Of a DNA stretch of 64,000 bases, positions 14,561-29,414 are shown piece after piece (position 1 is the stretch's first letter; every line of letters begins with the position of its first letter). The translations under genes and the position numbers were made by a program. The stretch lies in NCBI RefSeq assembly GCF_009914755.1, contig NC_060929.1, one strand, 5' to 3'. The DNA comes from the human T2T-CHM13v2.0 reference genome, Homo sapiens. The notes beneath the pieces are model-generated. The model did not search any database, was not told the DNA's origin, and saw nothing but the letters and a program-made list of their open reading frames with translations.

Positions 14561-15486
14561 TTCCTTTTATTGAGAGAGCTAGGCTGAGTGACCAAGCATA
14601 GAAATGTGTGTTCCTTTTACAAATAAATGTGAAAAATCAGATTATTTTCTTAATGAGCTTTTATTAGGAATGTAAAATAAAGCAGTTGGAACCAAGAAAC
14701 TTGAGAGGCCTTTGAAGTTCTAAAAATTCTATGATTTTAAAATTAATATTTACCAAAATTCAAAGTAGTTTTGCAAGATGAAAACCAGTATAGTAGATAA
14801 GCCAATGTTTAAAACCAACATTTAAAACTAATGTTTTAAAACTATCGGCATTAACACCTCTTGCAAATATCTTTTAAAAATGTATATTCTTTACAAAAAG
14901 GTTATTATTTTTAAAGTATATTTTCATAATCAGCTTTTAAAATTTTGTTTGTTGTGTGACTACTTTCTGAAATTTTGATATTATCTGAACAAAAGAAAGA
15001 AAAAATTGTAAAGATGAATTAAAAAGCTGTGGATAGTTAAGATTATTTCAGCTCTTACAAAGTGAGCTTAGATCTGAATTATTTCTAAAATACTAATAGC
15101 TAAAAAGGCTGAGATAGAACATGTGCTTTATTCCATTTGTATGAAAAATATAAACAATATGTATAATTGTGTTAAATTTGACACACCTCTTAAATTCAAA
15201 TTTAGATTTCTTTTTGACATATATGAATTAAGCACATTTTGGTAGCTTGAGTCAATTATAATAATATAATTTAAAAATAATATCTCCACCATTTTTGCCT
15301 GTTTATACCTTTAAAGTGCAAACAGATATCCTAACATAAATAATAAAATCTTTAGCCATAGGTTACCTTCAATCACTGATATAAAATATTTTTTTCAGTG
15401 TTAAAAATGATTAAAGTTCAGGTAGCCACAAAAAATTAAATTTATTTTAAATGCATGTTTCTCTTTAAATGATAGAATTCACCATA

Positions 15487-15493
15487 GTGTGTC

Positions 15494-15551
<58 letters not shown>

Positions 15552-15562
15552 CACATATATAT
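15487..15562. repeat. Compound (TG)n(TA)n microsatellite
   Basis: gtgtgtctgtgtgt...gtgtatatatat...atatacacagacacatatat. Confidence 0.95.
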
Positions 15563-15884
15563 TCAAGTTTGATGTAAAAGCTTATCATTTTTCTGGAGGT
15601 TGATGATTATTGAGAAAGCTGAAGGAAGAGTGGGCTGAGGTTAAGTGAATCATCAGTTATACATCTCATGCTTCTTCCATCATGTAACTTAATTGGTTTA
15701 CACTGATTTTGTACTGGAGTATTTAGGGACAACATAGGGGCTTTTCTGAAGATCAGAACAGCTGCTTGATTTGTTAATGAACAAAATTATCAGTAGCCAA
15801 TTGCTCACAGCTGAAAAACTGCATCCTCCTGGTTAGTCCACTGGAGAGGGAATTTTTCAAATGTGGCTTTTGTGTTTAACACAG

Positions 15885-16040
15885 TTGCCTATTGGGTGAC
15901 TTGGGTAAATCTGCTTGTTCCTTTAGTAACCTAGTTTCATTATATGCAAATTAGAATAGTCCAGACAATTTTTTACCCTTTCTGTAATAGATTTAGGATG
16001 AAATAAGATTAATTCTCTTTAGATCATAGGAACATGTGGC
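15885..16040 (+). mobile_element. MIR fragment
   Basis: gggtgacttgggtaaatc...cctagtttcattatatgcaaatt resembles the MIR core. Confidence 0.5.
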
Positions 16041-17039
16041 TCTGTTATCAATGATAACATGTGGCTCTGTTATCATTAACTTATGAGTTGTCAGTACTAT
16101 TTAGGAGGGTCGAAGAGGCCTTGGAGCAGCTTGTAAAAGTAGGGATCTCTAACATCAAGTGTGTACATAAGTACCCACATACACACAACACTTTTGCAAA
16201 CAATATGAGGGAGTACATATACTTCAGGTTAAGAGACCCTGCAATATAATTATATTGAAATAAACTTCCTTTAATACTCATAAGAATGCTAAGTTAGAGA
16301 GAAATGAGTCTTCTAACTAATCATATGGGAAATAACCAATTAGGTACCATGTTAAAGATCAATTAAATATTTTTCTCCAACTAATGGGCCAAATCAAATA
16401 GACAATATTGCAAAAGAAATATACACATTCATTTGCATTGCTTCTTCTAGTATCAGGATCATTGAAAGTCTATTTTGTAATTATTTGCAAGATGTATTAA
16501 TTTCATCTGATATGCAGTTTTCTTTTTTCCAGATTTTCAGCATAATTTCAATGGTCAGCTAAATCATGGAGATATATATATGTATATGTTCTAATGTTAA
16601 TTCTGGAAATGAGATTTAGAAGTGAATTCAATGCTCTTCAATGTGTTATCTATTATCTTCTCCTATTCCAGTTTTTCCTTAAACATTACCTGATGCAAAA
16701 GACTCTTCGAATGGCTGGAAAGTCAGAGAGTTTGTTTTTAAACTTCACTTGCTATGCAGTTAATATACTTCCATTCAGAGAATAGATACAAAATAATCAA
16801 TTGCTGAAATATGAAAGGTGATATCCCACTGAAGTTCTGAAAACAGATGATGATACTTCAGACAAAACATTTAAATGTAATAAAATTAAATTTTCAATTT
16901 CAAAAAATTTAATGTTATGATTAATGAACACATTATTGTTTTCCCATTTCCAGGAAATATTATCTTTGTTTATACAAAATAAGAATTCTGTTTGATTTCT
17001 TTGTATTTAACCTGAAATTTAAAAACATACAGAAAACAA

Positions 17040-19470
17040 TCTCCATGGTGGTCAAGCATTATAATCATTACCTTGCATATAACCCTTAATTTTCTTGCCC
17101 CTATCTTTATTCTGATTAAATCCAAATCTCTTCCTCCTCTGTCCCCACACTCATACTATTGAATCTGGCTAGTGAAAAACACTCCATCGTATGGACTGGT
17201 CTCATTTTATATTCATGTTCATGGCCTGCAGTGGGCCCTTAATGATGTCATGTGATAGTTAAATATGTCTTTAGTGCATTCACATTTCTATTCTCCTAGA
17301 CAAGTAGTTCACATCTTCTTACTCCTCAAGTCTCCACACCCTCTTTCTGTCTTGACTTTCAGCTAACGACATTTTTTCCCTTTCACTGAAAAAGCTGAAG
17401 CAATCAGAAGAGAACTTCCAAAGAATCTACCCTTCACATTTACCAGAACATGAATGCATATACTCTGCTTTCCTGCCTGATGTCATTTTCAAGGCCATTT
17501 CCAAGTTCTTTTCTAAATAAAACTCTGACTTTCACACAAGTTCCCATCATTCCCCTCTACTCAAGGACATAGATCCAGCAATTCTACCCATCCTTCACAT
17601 CCATCGTTCACTCTTTGGTGGACCTTTCCCATCAGAACACAAATATGCTGTTACTTCTCACATCTTAAGATGACTTTTTTTCATCTTTTGTTCCCTTTTA
17701 TGCAAAACTCCTCAACAGACTTTATTCTGTGTCCTCTCTTCTCATTCTCTATTATATTCACTCTAGTCTGCATTCTCACCACCACAACCTCTACCACCAA
17801 ATTCATCTCTTTTATTGCAACTCCCTGATACTCAATGCAATGATCACTTCCCAGTTTTTGTCCTATTTAACTTACCAGAAATCAACACAGTTGATTATTT
17901 ATTTCCTCTTCTTTGGTGCACTTTCTTCACCAGGTTTCTAGTTCGTGGTCTCTTAGTTTTCCTCTTACCTGACTGGTACCTCCTTTGCCATCTCCCTTAC
18001 TTCTTCTTCCTCCTTTCTCAAGCTTTTAATTTGGATCTTCCCTAGAACTCATTCTTTGATCTTCTCTTTTCCATATCTATGCCCCCTTCCTTGGGATCTC
18101 ATATAATCCCATGGCTTTTAAGTAGCATATGCACGCTTACAACTGTCAGTGTATATTTCTAGCTTAAATAACTCTCCTAAACAGATGACCTGACATAGTC
18201 ATGTAAATATCTACTAGGCAAATTCAATATATAACCTAATATGATCTCTACAAAAGCCAGTCTACCTACAGCCTTTTACTCCCTACCTTTTGACAGTTTT
18301 CATCCTTCAGTTATTCAGGACAAAAGCCATCCTTAAGTAATCTGCCAATCCCATCAGTTTCACCTTAAAACATTCAGAATCTAACCACCTCTTACTACCT
18401 CTGCTGTTACCATCCTGATCAGAACCATCATCTTCTCCCACCACCACTGCAATACCCTTCTAGCAGATCTACCTGATTTTTTTCTTCACCCCTGCAGTAT
18501 TATTACTACAGCAACCAGAGTGATCCTATAACATGTACTTGTGATCATGTCATATCACTATCCAAACTCAGCAATGACACTGTATTTCTCTTAGCATAAA
18601 GCCAAGATTCTTCGAATGACCTCAGAATCCTGATGTTAACTGGAGCTTATTTCATCTCATTTTCCATTACTTTTCCTTTTCGTCTTTATTCCATTCCAGT
18701 CACACTGAACCACTTGGTTTTCTTCATTGGAGTCTGTATTAGTCTGTTTTCACATTGCTATGAAGAAATACCTGAGACTGGGTACTTTACAAAGAAAAAA
18801 GGTTTAATTGACTCACAGTTCTGCATAGCTAGGGAGGACTCAGGAAATTTACAATCATGGTGGAAGGCGAAAGGGAAAGCAAGGACCTTCTTTACGGGAG
18901 TATAGCAGGGGGAAATGCCATACCTTTAAAGCATCAGATCTCATGAGAACTCACTCACTATCATGAGAACAGCATGAGGGAAACTGCCCCATTATCCATT
19001 CACTTCTGACCAGTTCCCTTTCTCAACATGTGGGGATTACAATTCGAGATAGATTTTGGTGGGGACACAGAGCCAAACCATATCAGAGTCATTGCTCTAG
19101 TTATTTCCTCTATCTAAAACATTCTCCCTGTCAATATTTATTTAACTAATACATTTTCTCCAAGTCTTTGCTCAAATCACATCTTATCAATGAGGCCTAA
19201 AAAACACATATAATGCTACATACTGAACTTCTTCCCCAACACTCTCAATCCTCTTCACCCTTTTCTAATTTGCCTTCATGTTCATAGCATTTATTATCTT
19301 CTGCCTCATTATATAATGTATTTATTTATTACATTTATGTTTAATGTTTGTTTTCTATTATCAGTTCAGAAGTTACAGGTCGTTTTTTGGTCGGTTGGCT
19401 TGTTGATGTATAACTGCTTCTTAAATCCATGTGTAACACTTACTCAATAAAAATTTGTTAATTTAATGAA
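17040..19470 (+). mobile_element. Long L2a LINE fragment, interrupted by a THE1 LTR
   Basis: Pyrimidine-rich L2 ORF/3' body (ggctagtgaaaaacac, ttcactgaaaaagctgaagcaatcagaagagaacttcc, cagcaaccagagtgatcct) ending ctcaataaaaatttgttaatttaatgaa. Confidence 0.8.
18735..19085 (-). mobile_element. THE1C-like (ERVL-MaLR) solo LTR
   Basis: tgtattagtc...gaaatacctgagactggg...ggggacacagagccaaaccatatca; perfect 5-bp TSD GAGTC (18730-34 / 19086-90). Confidence 0.93.
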
Positions 19471-19993
19471 ATGTGGTTGTAAAAAAGCATGAACCTAAAA
19501 ATACATATATATATATATTTTTTTAATATCCTTTTGAAAAAGTTCTTATTAAAAGTCTCAAAAACTGTATGTTTTGCTTGGCAAACCTTTATTTTAAACC
19601 TAAACATTTCAGTTAACTAACCCAACTGTTTCAATTCTTTAAATATTTATTAAATACTATCACTGTGATTGTAGTGTCTAGTTTCAGGGAATTCATAGGC
19701 AGAAAGCAGAGATATCTGCCATGGTAAAATATACTACAACATATGTTGTGGTAGAGTTACACACAGAATCTTCTGGGAGCATGGACCACCTAAACTATGG
19801 ACTTCTCCACTGACTGGAAATGCTAGTTAGTTGCCTGATTTTAACCTGACTGAAGCTTGGAGATTTATTCTTTGGAGAAATTCAACTGGAGAGCTGATAG
19901 ATTAGGAACATAACGAATGCCAAAAGGTAAATCTGACTTACTATACAGAAATCTGCAATACTAAAAAAAAGTTCATGTACTTACTAGTGAACT

Positions 19994-20060
19994 CACCCCA
20001 TCACCACCACCGCACCCCCCCACCCCCCACACACACACGGAGAGAGAGAGAGAGAAGAGA
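19994..20060. repeat. C-run / (CA)n / (GA)n low-complexity patch
   Basis: caccccatcaccaccaccgcaccccccccacccccc acacacacac gg agagagagagagag. Confidence 0.85.
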
Positions 20061-20702
20061 ATAAAGATCCTAAAACATATTCCATCAAGTCTATAGTTCT
20101 ATAGCTCCCAGAAAGAAGTCCTAAGTATTCTTTTCTGATTGAACTGAATAACCCTTGAGGAAAAACTGGGTGACATTTGAGGGTTTCTCCAACATAAATG
20201 ACATGTCTTTTCCCAATCATACTGGTATGAAATCAATTACTCAATAAGCTCTCACAATAGACACTGAGCTTCCAGATAGATTTTTGTGCTTTATTCTTAA
20301 ATAGATATAGGAAGACAAATTCTTCTAGAAATTTGAGGAAAATCTCTTATTGAAAAGGAGAGACAATTTTTACAATGAGAAATAAAAAGTAATATTTGGA
20401 GCCTAGGATAATTTCAAGGGGGTGGTGTCTCCCTTGTGTTAACCAAGATAAGGAATAGAGATTAGGGTTTAAAATCAGAGCAGGTTCAGGGGTGTCATTC
20501 AATAAGTCAGTGAGTTGATATAAATTATATGTTTCCTTCATGTTCAGTGCAGTTGCAAGTCATGGGTTATAGATGAAGAATTAGCAAGTTAAGTCTGAAG
20601 TTTCTATGTGATATTTAAATCACAATACATTTTCCTATGCATAGATCTTGGGTGCAAAGGAGTAGTCTAGGGTGGGAATGTGTATAGCTGGTGGTTGAAC
20701 TA

Positions 20703-21095
<393 letters not shown>

Positions 21096-21409
21096 TCAAA
21101 AAATCTATTTTACATCCAAGTATAAAGATAACATATGTTAATCAGAAAAGCACTCAAAAATAAAATTGGGGATTGGGAAACAAATGTACACATTTGTTCC
21201 TCCAGTACCGCCAGATAAAGATTTCTGAGACCTTGAAAAGTTTTTCTCTCTATATATTTATTTTAAAGTTAAATTCTACTTTTAAAGACTTTATATAACA
21301 CAAAGCTTTAATAAATTTTAGAAAGTTTAAATTATTTAATTAGTATATACACTTATTGATGAAATTCACTCTTTTCTATATGTTTTAATTCATGAAATGA
21401 TATACCTCT

Positions 21410-21826
21410 TGTATTAGTTTTTTTCACAATACTACAAAGAAATACCTGAGACCGGGTAATTTATAAAGAAAAGAGGTTTGATCGGCTCATGGTTCTTCAT
21501 GCTGTGCAGAAAGCATGATGCTAGAATCTGCTAGGCTTCTGGGAAAGTGTCAGGAACCTTACCATTATGGTGGAAGTTGATGGAGAAGCAGGCACATCTT
21601 ATGTGGCAAGAGCAGGAGCAAGATGGCAGGGGGAGGTGCTACACACTTTTAAACAACCAGATCTCACAAGAAATCATTATCACCATGACAGTACCAAGGG
21701 AGCTGGTGTTAAACTATAAGAAAATGCCCCTAGGATGCAATCACCTTCCACCAGGCCCCACCTCCAACACTGGGGATTACAATTCGACATGAGATTTGAG
21801 TGGGGACACAGATCCAAACCATATCA
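21410..21826 (-). mobile_element. MSTA-like (ERVL-MaLR) solo LTR
   Basis: tgtattag...aagcatgatgctagaatctgct...ggggacacagatccaaaccatatca, 417 bp; perfect TSD CCTCT (21405-09 / 21827-31). Confidence 0.93.
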
Positions 21827-21989
21827 CCTCTATAGATATACTCTAAGTATACATTCAGACCCTTGATATTTAAAGCTTGCCAATGGCAGACTACAAAGAT
21901 AGAGGGACAAATTTCTAACAAATAAAATATACTATTTAAACTAAAATTTAAAAATTATGAGTTAAAATGTATATCATACCAGGTGGAAT

Positions 21990-23340
21990 TGAGTAGCTTT
22001 CAGTAATCCAGTGTTCCCACAGAGAACAGCTAGGGAGAATATGACAAAATACTCAAAACATCTGTTTGAAGGCACTGGAAAACTGATAAGTCACCAAGAT
22101 TGGAGAGTCGAAGACACTAGAGAAGTGAGAATCTTGAGTGAGCCAGCTGACTTTTATAGTTGATTTTTATCATGGGACACTTGCCAGTTCTAAGGTTGGG
22201 CAGGAGTCTCAGAATTGGGCTTTGGACTAAAAGAGTGCTACTCCTAGGAAACAGAAAAATCAAAAGAACTAGTAATCCTTAGGGCTCCTTTCCGGTAAGA
22301 TTTCAAAGGTGGGTTCAAGTATATTACTGGGTTTTACCTTAGAAGAATGACTAAGTTACGGGACTGTGCAGAGCAGAAGACTAAAAGCTAACATTAAATC
22401 TCTAAAAAGTAGGTTGAGATTTTCACCAGGCTTTAAAAGTAAACGTAGAATATGAGATCTTCAAAAAAAATGAGACCCCGAAGGTCTCTCCATCTACTCA
22501 GTTGAAAACTCTCTAAGATCCAGGGTGAACCAGAGGTAGGCTAAGCCATATGAGGGCTGCAATGCAGCATCAAAGTAGCACAGTCTTTGATTTGTTTAAG
22601 GAGATTAGTTTTTCCCCCTTTTGTCTATCGAAGATAAATTCATCTGCAGGCTCCACAATTTTTATTAAAAATTTCCAGCACTCAATCAAAAATTACTTAG
22701 CACATCAAAGACAAAACCACATGCCTGAAAACCAAAAGAAAACAGAATTTAAAAAAAAAGATCCACAGATTTTCCAATTTTCAGTGCTAACAGGCAGGAA
22801 TTCTGAAATAATTATGATAAATATATTCACAAATATAAGTGAAGTGAAGATATATGAAAATGTTAACAGTGAACTAAAACCTTCAAAGAAAATCAAATGG
22901 AAATTCTAAAACTGTAAAATAAAATATCTGGAATCAGGAACATAGTAAATGGAAATAACAATATATTAGACACAGAAGAAGACAGTTCAACAGAATAGAA
23001 TAGCTCTAGGTCGATAGAGTATATCAAAATTGATAAACAAAGAAAAGGGGGGAATGGAAAGACACATTCACAGAAAAGTATTAAAAATGCGGGACAAATG
23101 AAAAAGCCTAACGTGTAAACTGGACTTGCAGAAGGAAAGGAGAGAGAGAGAGAATGGGTGCAAAACAATATTTGAAGAGATATTGACTGCAAATTTTCAA
23201 AAACGTATAAAATACACCAACTCATAGATTCAAGAAATATTGCAAATTCCATGCAGAATAATTACAATGAATATGATACCAAAGCACACCATAGCAAAAC
23301 TGCTAAAAAGCAAAGCAAACTAAAAATGAATCTTCAGAAA
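21990..23340 (+). mobile_element. Old L1M 5'/ORF1-region fragment
   Basis: A-rich strand with aatcaaatggaaattctaaaactg, ttagacacagaagaaga, aatatttgaagagatattgactgcaaatttt, atagattcaagaa typical of decayed L1M ORF1; 5' edge uncertain. Confidence 0.7.
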
Positions 23341-23344
23341 ATGA

Positions 23345-23995
<651 letters not shown>

Positions 23996-25021
23996 ATCCA
24001 GTTGAGAATTAAGTCCTAGGTCAATGGGTTGGATGGAAAATAGTAGTTAACTAAGAATCAGTTAGAAAAGTAAGATTCAACCCATTGGGCCTGTCTACCT
24101 AAGTACAAGTCTCAAAAGCATAACAAAGCAATGAAATAATTATAATTATTAAATAGTCTTGGGAAGTTATTAAATCAATACTACGGCCAGTGCAGGAGAT
24201 TGGTTTAAAAAAAAATTGTTTTAAACCTCGTAAGATTCTGGCTTTGGGGTATTGACAATGCTTTACCTAAAGGTAGTGAAGGATAAGTTAGGCAAGAATT
24301 TTAAGATTTAATGTGCTGTCTAAGAAACCAAAAAAGGGAAATATTATAATCATCTTTTGTTTTTAAAGTAATAAGCATATACAGTTTTATCATTCTTTAG
24401 CACAATGCTGCCAACTGCATAATTTTCTAGTTGATTTCCTTCTTTTCAGTCTTTCTAGAGTGTTTGACAGTTTTTAAATAATGGTATCAGAATTTGAGTG
24501 AAAATAGAAAACAAAATGTGAAATGCACAAGTCAATGGGTGTGTATATGTTTAGGGATAGAATTAAGATTTGCATTTTTTATTAAAGCATATAATTCTAT
24601 CCTATTTATAGGGGTTATAGATATGTTACATGATAAGAGATGTGACAGAAAAGCTGGTGCAGCAGCAATAATAGTAGGTGACATATTAGCAATATAACCA
24701 AGTGCCAACCAAAGTCTTTCACAGTTACTATGCCAAGACTAAAATAGAAATCAGACACATGTTTCTATCAGATGGGGTTCATTGGTAAGATGCAGCTGTT
24801 GCCTTCAGCACAGAAATTGAAGATAAATAGATTCATATTTTAAGAGGTTACAGTATCTTCTGATAATCTAAATGCAGGTTACATTTTTGAATAACAGGAA
24901 GCAACAAATAATATGAAGTTAGGTGATTTCAAATACCTTGTCGAGTTTTAGTGATTCTCAAAGCACACATCAGACATCTCTACACAATGATTTCTATTCA
25001 ATTCAATTAACTCTTACTAAG

Positions 25022-25784
25022 TACGGTAGAAGAGACTGATAGTTGCCTCCAAATATCCATTCTCTCCTTCTTCTTTAACAATAGAATCTCAATTTTTAAT
25101 AAGCTGACACGCTCCCAGCTAAAAGACTACATTTCTCAGCTTCTGAAGCAGATGTAGATATGTGACCAAGATTGGGTCAAAAGGTTATAATGGCCTGGGC
25201 GCGGTGGCTCACGCCTATAATCTCAGCACTTTGGGAGGCAGAGGTAGGCAGATCACTTGAACCCAGGAGTTCGAGACTAGCTTGAACAACATGGCTAAAC
25301 CCTGTCTCTACCAAAAATACAAATATTAGCTGGGTGTGGTGGCGCTGCCTGTAATCCCAGCTACTTGGGAGGCTGAGGCAGGAGGATCACTTGAACTCGG
25401 GAGGCGGAGGTTGCAATGAGCCAAGATCACATCACTGGACACCAGCCTTGGCAACAGAGCGAGATCCTGTCTCAAAAAAAAAATAGTTATAATGAAGTAT
25501 TATTTACTTGAAGAAGAGTAAATCCCTCCTCCTCCTGCTGCCTGGAATGCACATGTGACATCTGGAGTTCCACTAGTCATCTAGGATTACAGGGGCACAT
25601 CCTAGAAGTGACAGAGGGATGAGCTAAAAGGAAGCTGTTACCTGAAGCAACTAGTGGAGCTGTCAAAACAGCCCTGTTCTGCCTACCTCAGGGCATTTTA
25701 AACATGAGAGAAAAATCAACTTACTAGCTCACTATCATTTAGGATGGAGAGATGCAATATGCAGCCACACCTAAGCCTGATACA
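25022..25784 (+). mobile_element. MLT1J-like MaLR LTR, interrupted by an AluJ
   Basis: gttgcctccaaatatccattctctccttctt, cccagctaaaagactacatttctcagc, ctgcctggaatgc, ends gcagcc...cctgataca. Confidence 0.75.
25192..25483 (+). mobile_element. AluJ-type SINE
   Basis: gatcacttgaacccaggagttcgagac, ggaggatcacttga, gagatcctgtctc; TSD aaaggttataatg / aatagttataatg. Confidence 0.95.
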
Positions 25785-26949
25785 AGTAGATGTTAAATAT
25801 AGAAAGTGGTGTGTACTTGCTGTTGTATGAAATACAAAAGAGAAATAAAATTCACCTTTGCAAAGTGGAAATAAACTTAGAATTTAATGTGATGAGTGGA
25901 GGCATAGGCATCTTCGTTCACACTTTTCTTAGTAAGTGAAAAATGATGCTTTGGTCATAGGTATAATCCAATCACACCCCTCTGATCTAATTTAAAGAAG
26001 GCAATTTAGATTTAGTGTCTGTGATAATTAAGATCTCAAATGAAGACTAAGACTAAAATAAGTCAAGATCTCATTGGTTAAAATATCTGGACCACCATAT
26101 GAATACAGTAGATACGTGAAGAATAAACTCAGATCATCATGTTTATTCATTGAATTTATTCAGGACACTGTGCTATGTGGGAATACATGATCCATTAGAT
26201 TGTACAGTAATCAAATGATCACATAAAGATAAGCCTAGGTCAGTTGTAGACAGCACAAAATACCACACTAACCATTCTTCAATTCACACAGTTATGTAAA
26301 TCTGTTATAAGATTCCTTTAAAAATAAGATGTGCTAAGGACCATGATTCCTTCATTGAAATCACCACCAATATTGCAACAATATTGGTTCTTTAATTTGT
26401 GTTCCATTGACTAGCAACAAAAAACCAGAAATTCCATATTTACAACTCCATTATATCAGAAAATATGCCTGGAGTTTTAAGATTCATGCATAATTGTCTT
26501 CTCCTCCTGTAAGAACAATCCTTCTCTGAGTTTTTCAACAAAAAGTAAATTAACAGTAGAACACATCCTTTGTTCATGCAGGTTTAGAATTAATAAGTTC
26601 AGTTTGAGTGGAAATTTTGTAACCAAAGCATTTAAAAGCTTATTATAGTGAAAGAAATGCAGAAATACCTGTTCCAGCCAAATATTATGTACAGTATACG
26701 GAAAAAAAATTACCATTCTGCCATGGAAAAAATTTATATTTAGGTCACATTCTATAGGAGTTCCCTCCTCTAGACACGTTTAAACATACCCAAATCATAT
26801 ATCAAAGTAGGTATAGGAATTACACTTCAAATATCTACTATGGGCACCCCCATTTTGCCTTGAAAATTATGCTATGTTTCCTCATGCTCTAGCTCTGATG
26901 AACGTTTTTGTGATATCCTCGTTTTCATGCCCACTATTGGCTCAATGCC

Positions 26950-27797
26950 TCTGGTCTAATATTTAAGGATGCAGATTTTTTGCAACTCTCCCTATTCAAG
27001 AATTGGAGTCTATTTCCCCACACAATGCATCAAGACTAGTTTTGTGACTAGTAACAAATGTAATAAACTTGAAGTTCTGCAAGTTCTGGACACTAGACCT
27101 CAAAACATCTAGCAACTTCTGCCTTCACCCCCACTGACAATGTTGCCCTGAGACTGCCATGTGAAGAGGAGTCCATTAGACTCCTGGAGGATGAGCAGCC
27201 ATATGGAAAATGGAGGCTGCCCAGCCAACAGTCCGCGCCATATGCCAGATATCTGACTTAGACTATTTTGGCTGTTGTAGCCTAGCAGATTCTCCAGTGC
27301 AGAGGTCCCCAACCTCTGGGCACCAGACCCATACTGGTCCATGGCCTGTTAGGAACCACGCTCCACAGCAGGAGGTGACCAGTGGGCGAGAGCATTACAG
27401 CCTAAGCTCTGCCTCCTGTCAGATCAGCAGTGGCATTAGATTCTCATAGAAGCAGGAACCCTACTGTGAACTGCGCATGTGAGGGATCTAGGTTGTGCGC
27501 TCCTTATGAGAATCTAACTAATGCCTGATGATCTAAAATGAAACAGTTTCATCTCAAAACCATCTCCCACCCCCACCCCATGGCCTTGGAAAAATTGTCT
27601 TCTATGAAACTGGTTCCTAGTGCCAAAAAATTTGGGGACTGCTGCTCTAGTGGAATACAATTGCTTGAGAAACCAGCAGACAAAATCAGCAAATGAACTG
27701 TCCAAAATCGTAATAGATGATAATCATAACAGTAAATTTAGTGTTTTAAGCCCCTAAATTTTGAATTGGCTTCTTAGGCAGCAATAGATAATAGATA
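26950..27797 (+). mobile_element. MLT1 (G/H-like) MaLR LTR, interrupted by MER1B
   Basis: ggagtctatttcccc, gccatgtgaagagg, tgttttaagcccctaaatttt...gcagcaatagataa. Confidence 0.7.
27300..27644 (+). mobile_element. MER1B (hAT-Charlie) non-autonomous DNA transposon
   Basis: TIRs cagaggtccccaa / ttggggactgctg; tggcattagattctcatag body; 8-bp TSD ctccagtg / ctctagtg. Confidence 0.92.
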
Positions 27798-29414
27798 AGG
27801 TGCTTAATCATTCTCTTTCCCAACAGACCCTTGGATTAATGACCTGGGTTTGGACCATCTAGAATAAAATCTTTAGATGGCAGTCAGATCCACCTGGAAA
27901 GATATCTCTTTAATTCTTAAACAAAAACTATGTTAATTCTGTACTTGAAAATGGCCATAGAAAGATGAATAGACAGGGACAAAATTTATACCTTAAAGTG
28001 AACTACAGAGAATTTATTCAATAGATACTTTGAGAATAAATATAATGTACAATGTAAACTATATGGGCAAACATACCAGAAAGTATACAATGTTGACATA
28101 TAAAGTCTTGCGGTTCAGCAGCTACCCAGCTTTCTTCATTTGGGAATTGGTGAGATCTTTAACCAGAAGACCTCAAATAGTTTCTCCTTACTCATACTGC
28201 TTTGAATTCCACTCTTTTATCACAAAGGTTTGGTTTTAACCTATAAACACATTTTAATCTAATTTTCAGACTGACTTGCTGATTGCAGAGTAAGTTTGGC
28301 CTACCTGCAATTGCTAAATACCTAGTCTCAGTTTCATGGATATCATCAATCAAGATACCGTAGTATAAACTATTTCTGATACTGAATACCAGAAGACTAG
28401 TGAGTACATCCATGTAACTACAATAAGTGCTTTTATAACATGTAAGGATTTCTGCAAAATGTTTCCTTAAAAATGGCATTTGTGAAGTGACTGATGCAAT
28501 TATGACCCTAGAGGTATTACAGTGTTTCTGCCTTTCTATAGAAAAAAAAAAAAAAATTAATAGACTGAGTGTGACATTGAAGATTTCTTTACTCATAGGT
28601 CCTTTCTTTCTTAATTGTCCCTTTTTGTTTAAAATTAAGTGCTCCAAATTTAGATTCAAAGCATTTCACTAACTGCTCTACTTAAATCTTGCTACATAGT
28701 CATTTATGTTCACTTACAGATCATTTACAAAGTCTCCCAGCTGCTTCCCCTAACTAATTGTCCATGATTCCATATTAAAAACTATCTTACCACTGTTGGA
28801 CTTTTGTGAAATTCCAGTGTCTAGCTAAGTAAAAATGAAAACACTTTTAATAGCTCTCCTCTCCCACTTAGTAAATCCTTAAATATTTTCTCCTTTCATG
28901 GAATTCCAGGAATATGCTCCTCTATATGTTACTGGAAAATCGTGTAGAAAAATTTACATTTTATATAATTCTTCAGCCAAAATCAAGCTCAAGTAACATA
29001 AAAAGTCCAGAAATATAATGAAATTTTCATCAACGTAAACCACATTTTACATGTCCAATAATAGAAAGACAAGACTTCTCTTGCAAACCTTCACCCTGCA
29101 CATCTGGGCCAATTTATCAATCAATTCTGCCCCACTTGCTAAGTTAATTCAGTTAATTCCTATTTCTCATCAAAAGGAAGATATGGTACTTACTCCAGAG
29201 TAATGCCATAGTAATTTTACATAATGTCTGACTTTGATTTTTATGTTGTAATTTGTAACCCAGATTTAATCATTAGTCTCTGGACATTTATCTGAGAGGG
29301 CCTAAGAATCCACCTTATTCTCAAGTTCTAGAAATTGGTCCCTTCTTGGACTCCTATGTCCTCTGAGAACTAGGTTCTGCCTTTCTCCTGTCAGACCTTT
29401 CGGGGACTAGTGTA

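Noticed and set aside
24761-24790. Possible 13-nt micro-exon (ctatcag|ATGGGGTTCATTG|gtaaga)
   Set aside because: Weak pyrimidine tract, not frame-preserving, and no supporting exon chain; such matches are expected in 64 kb
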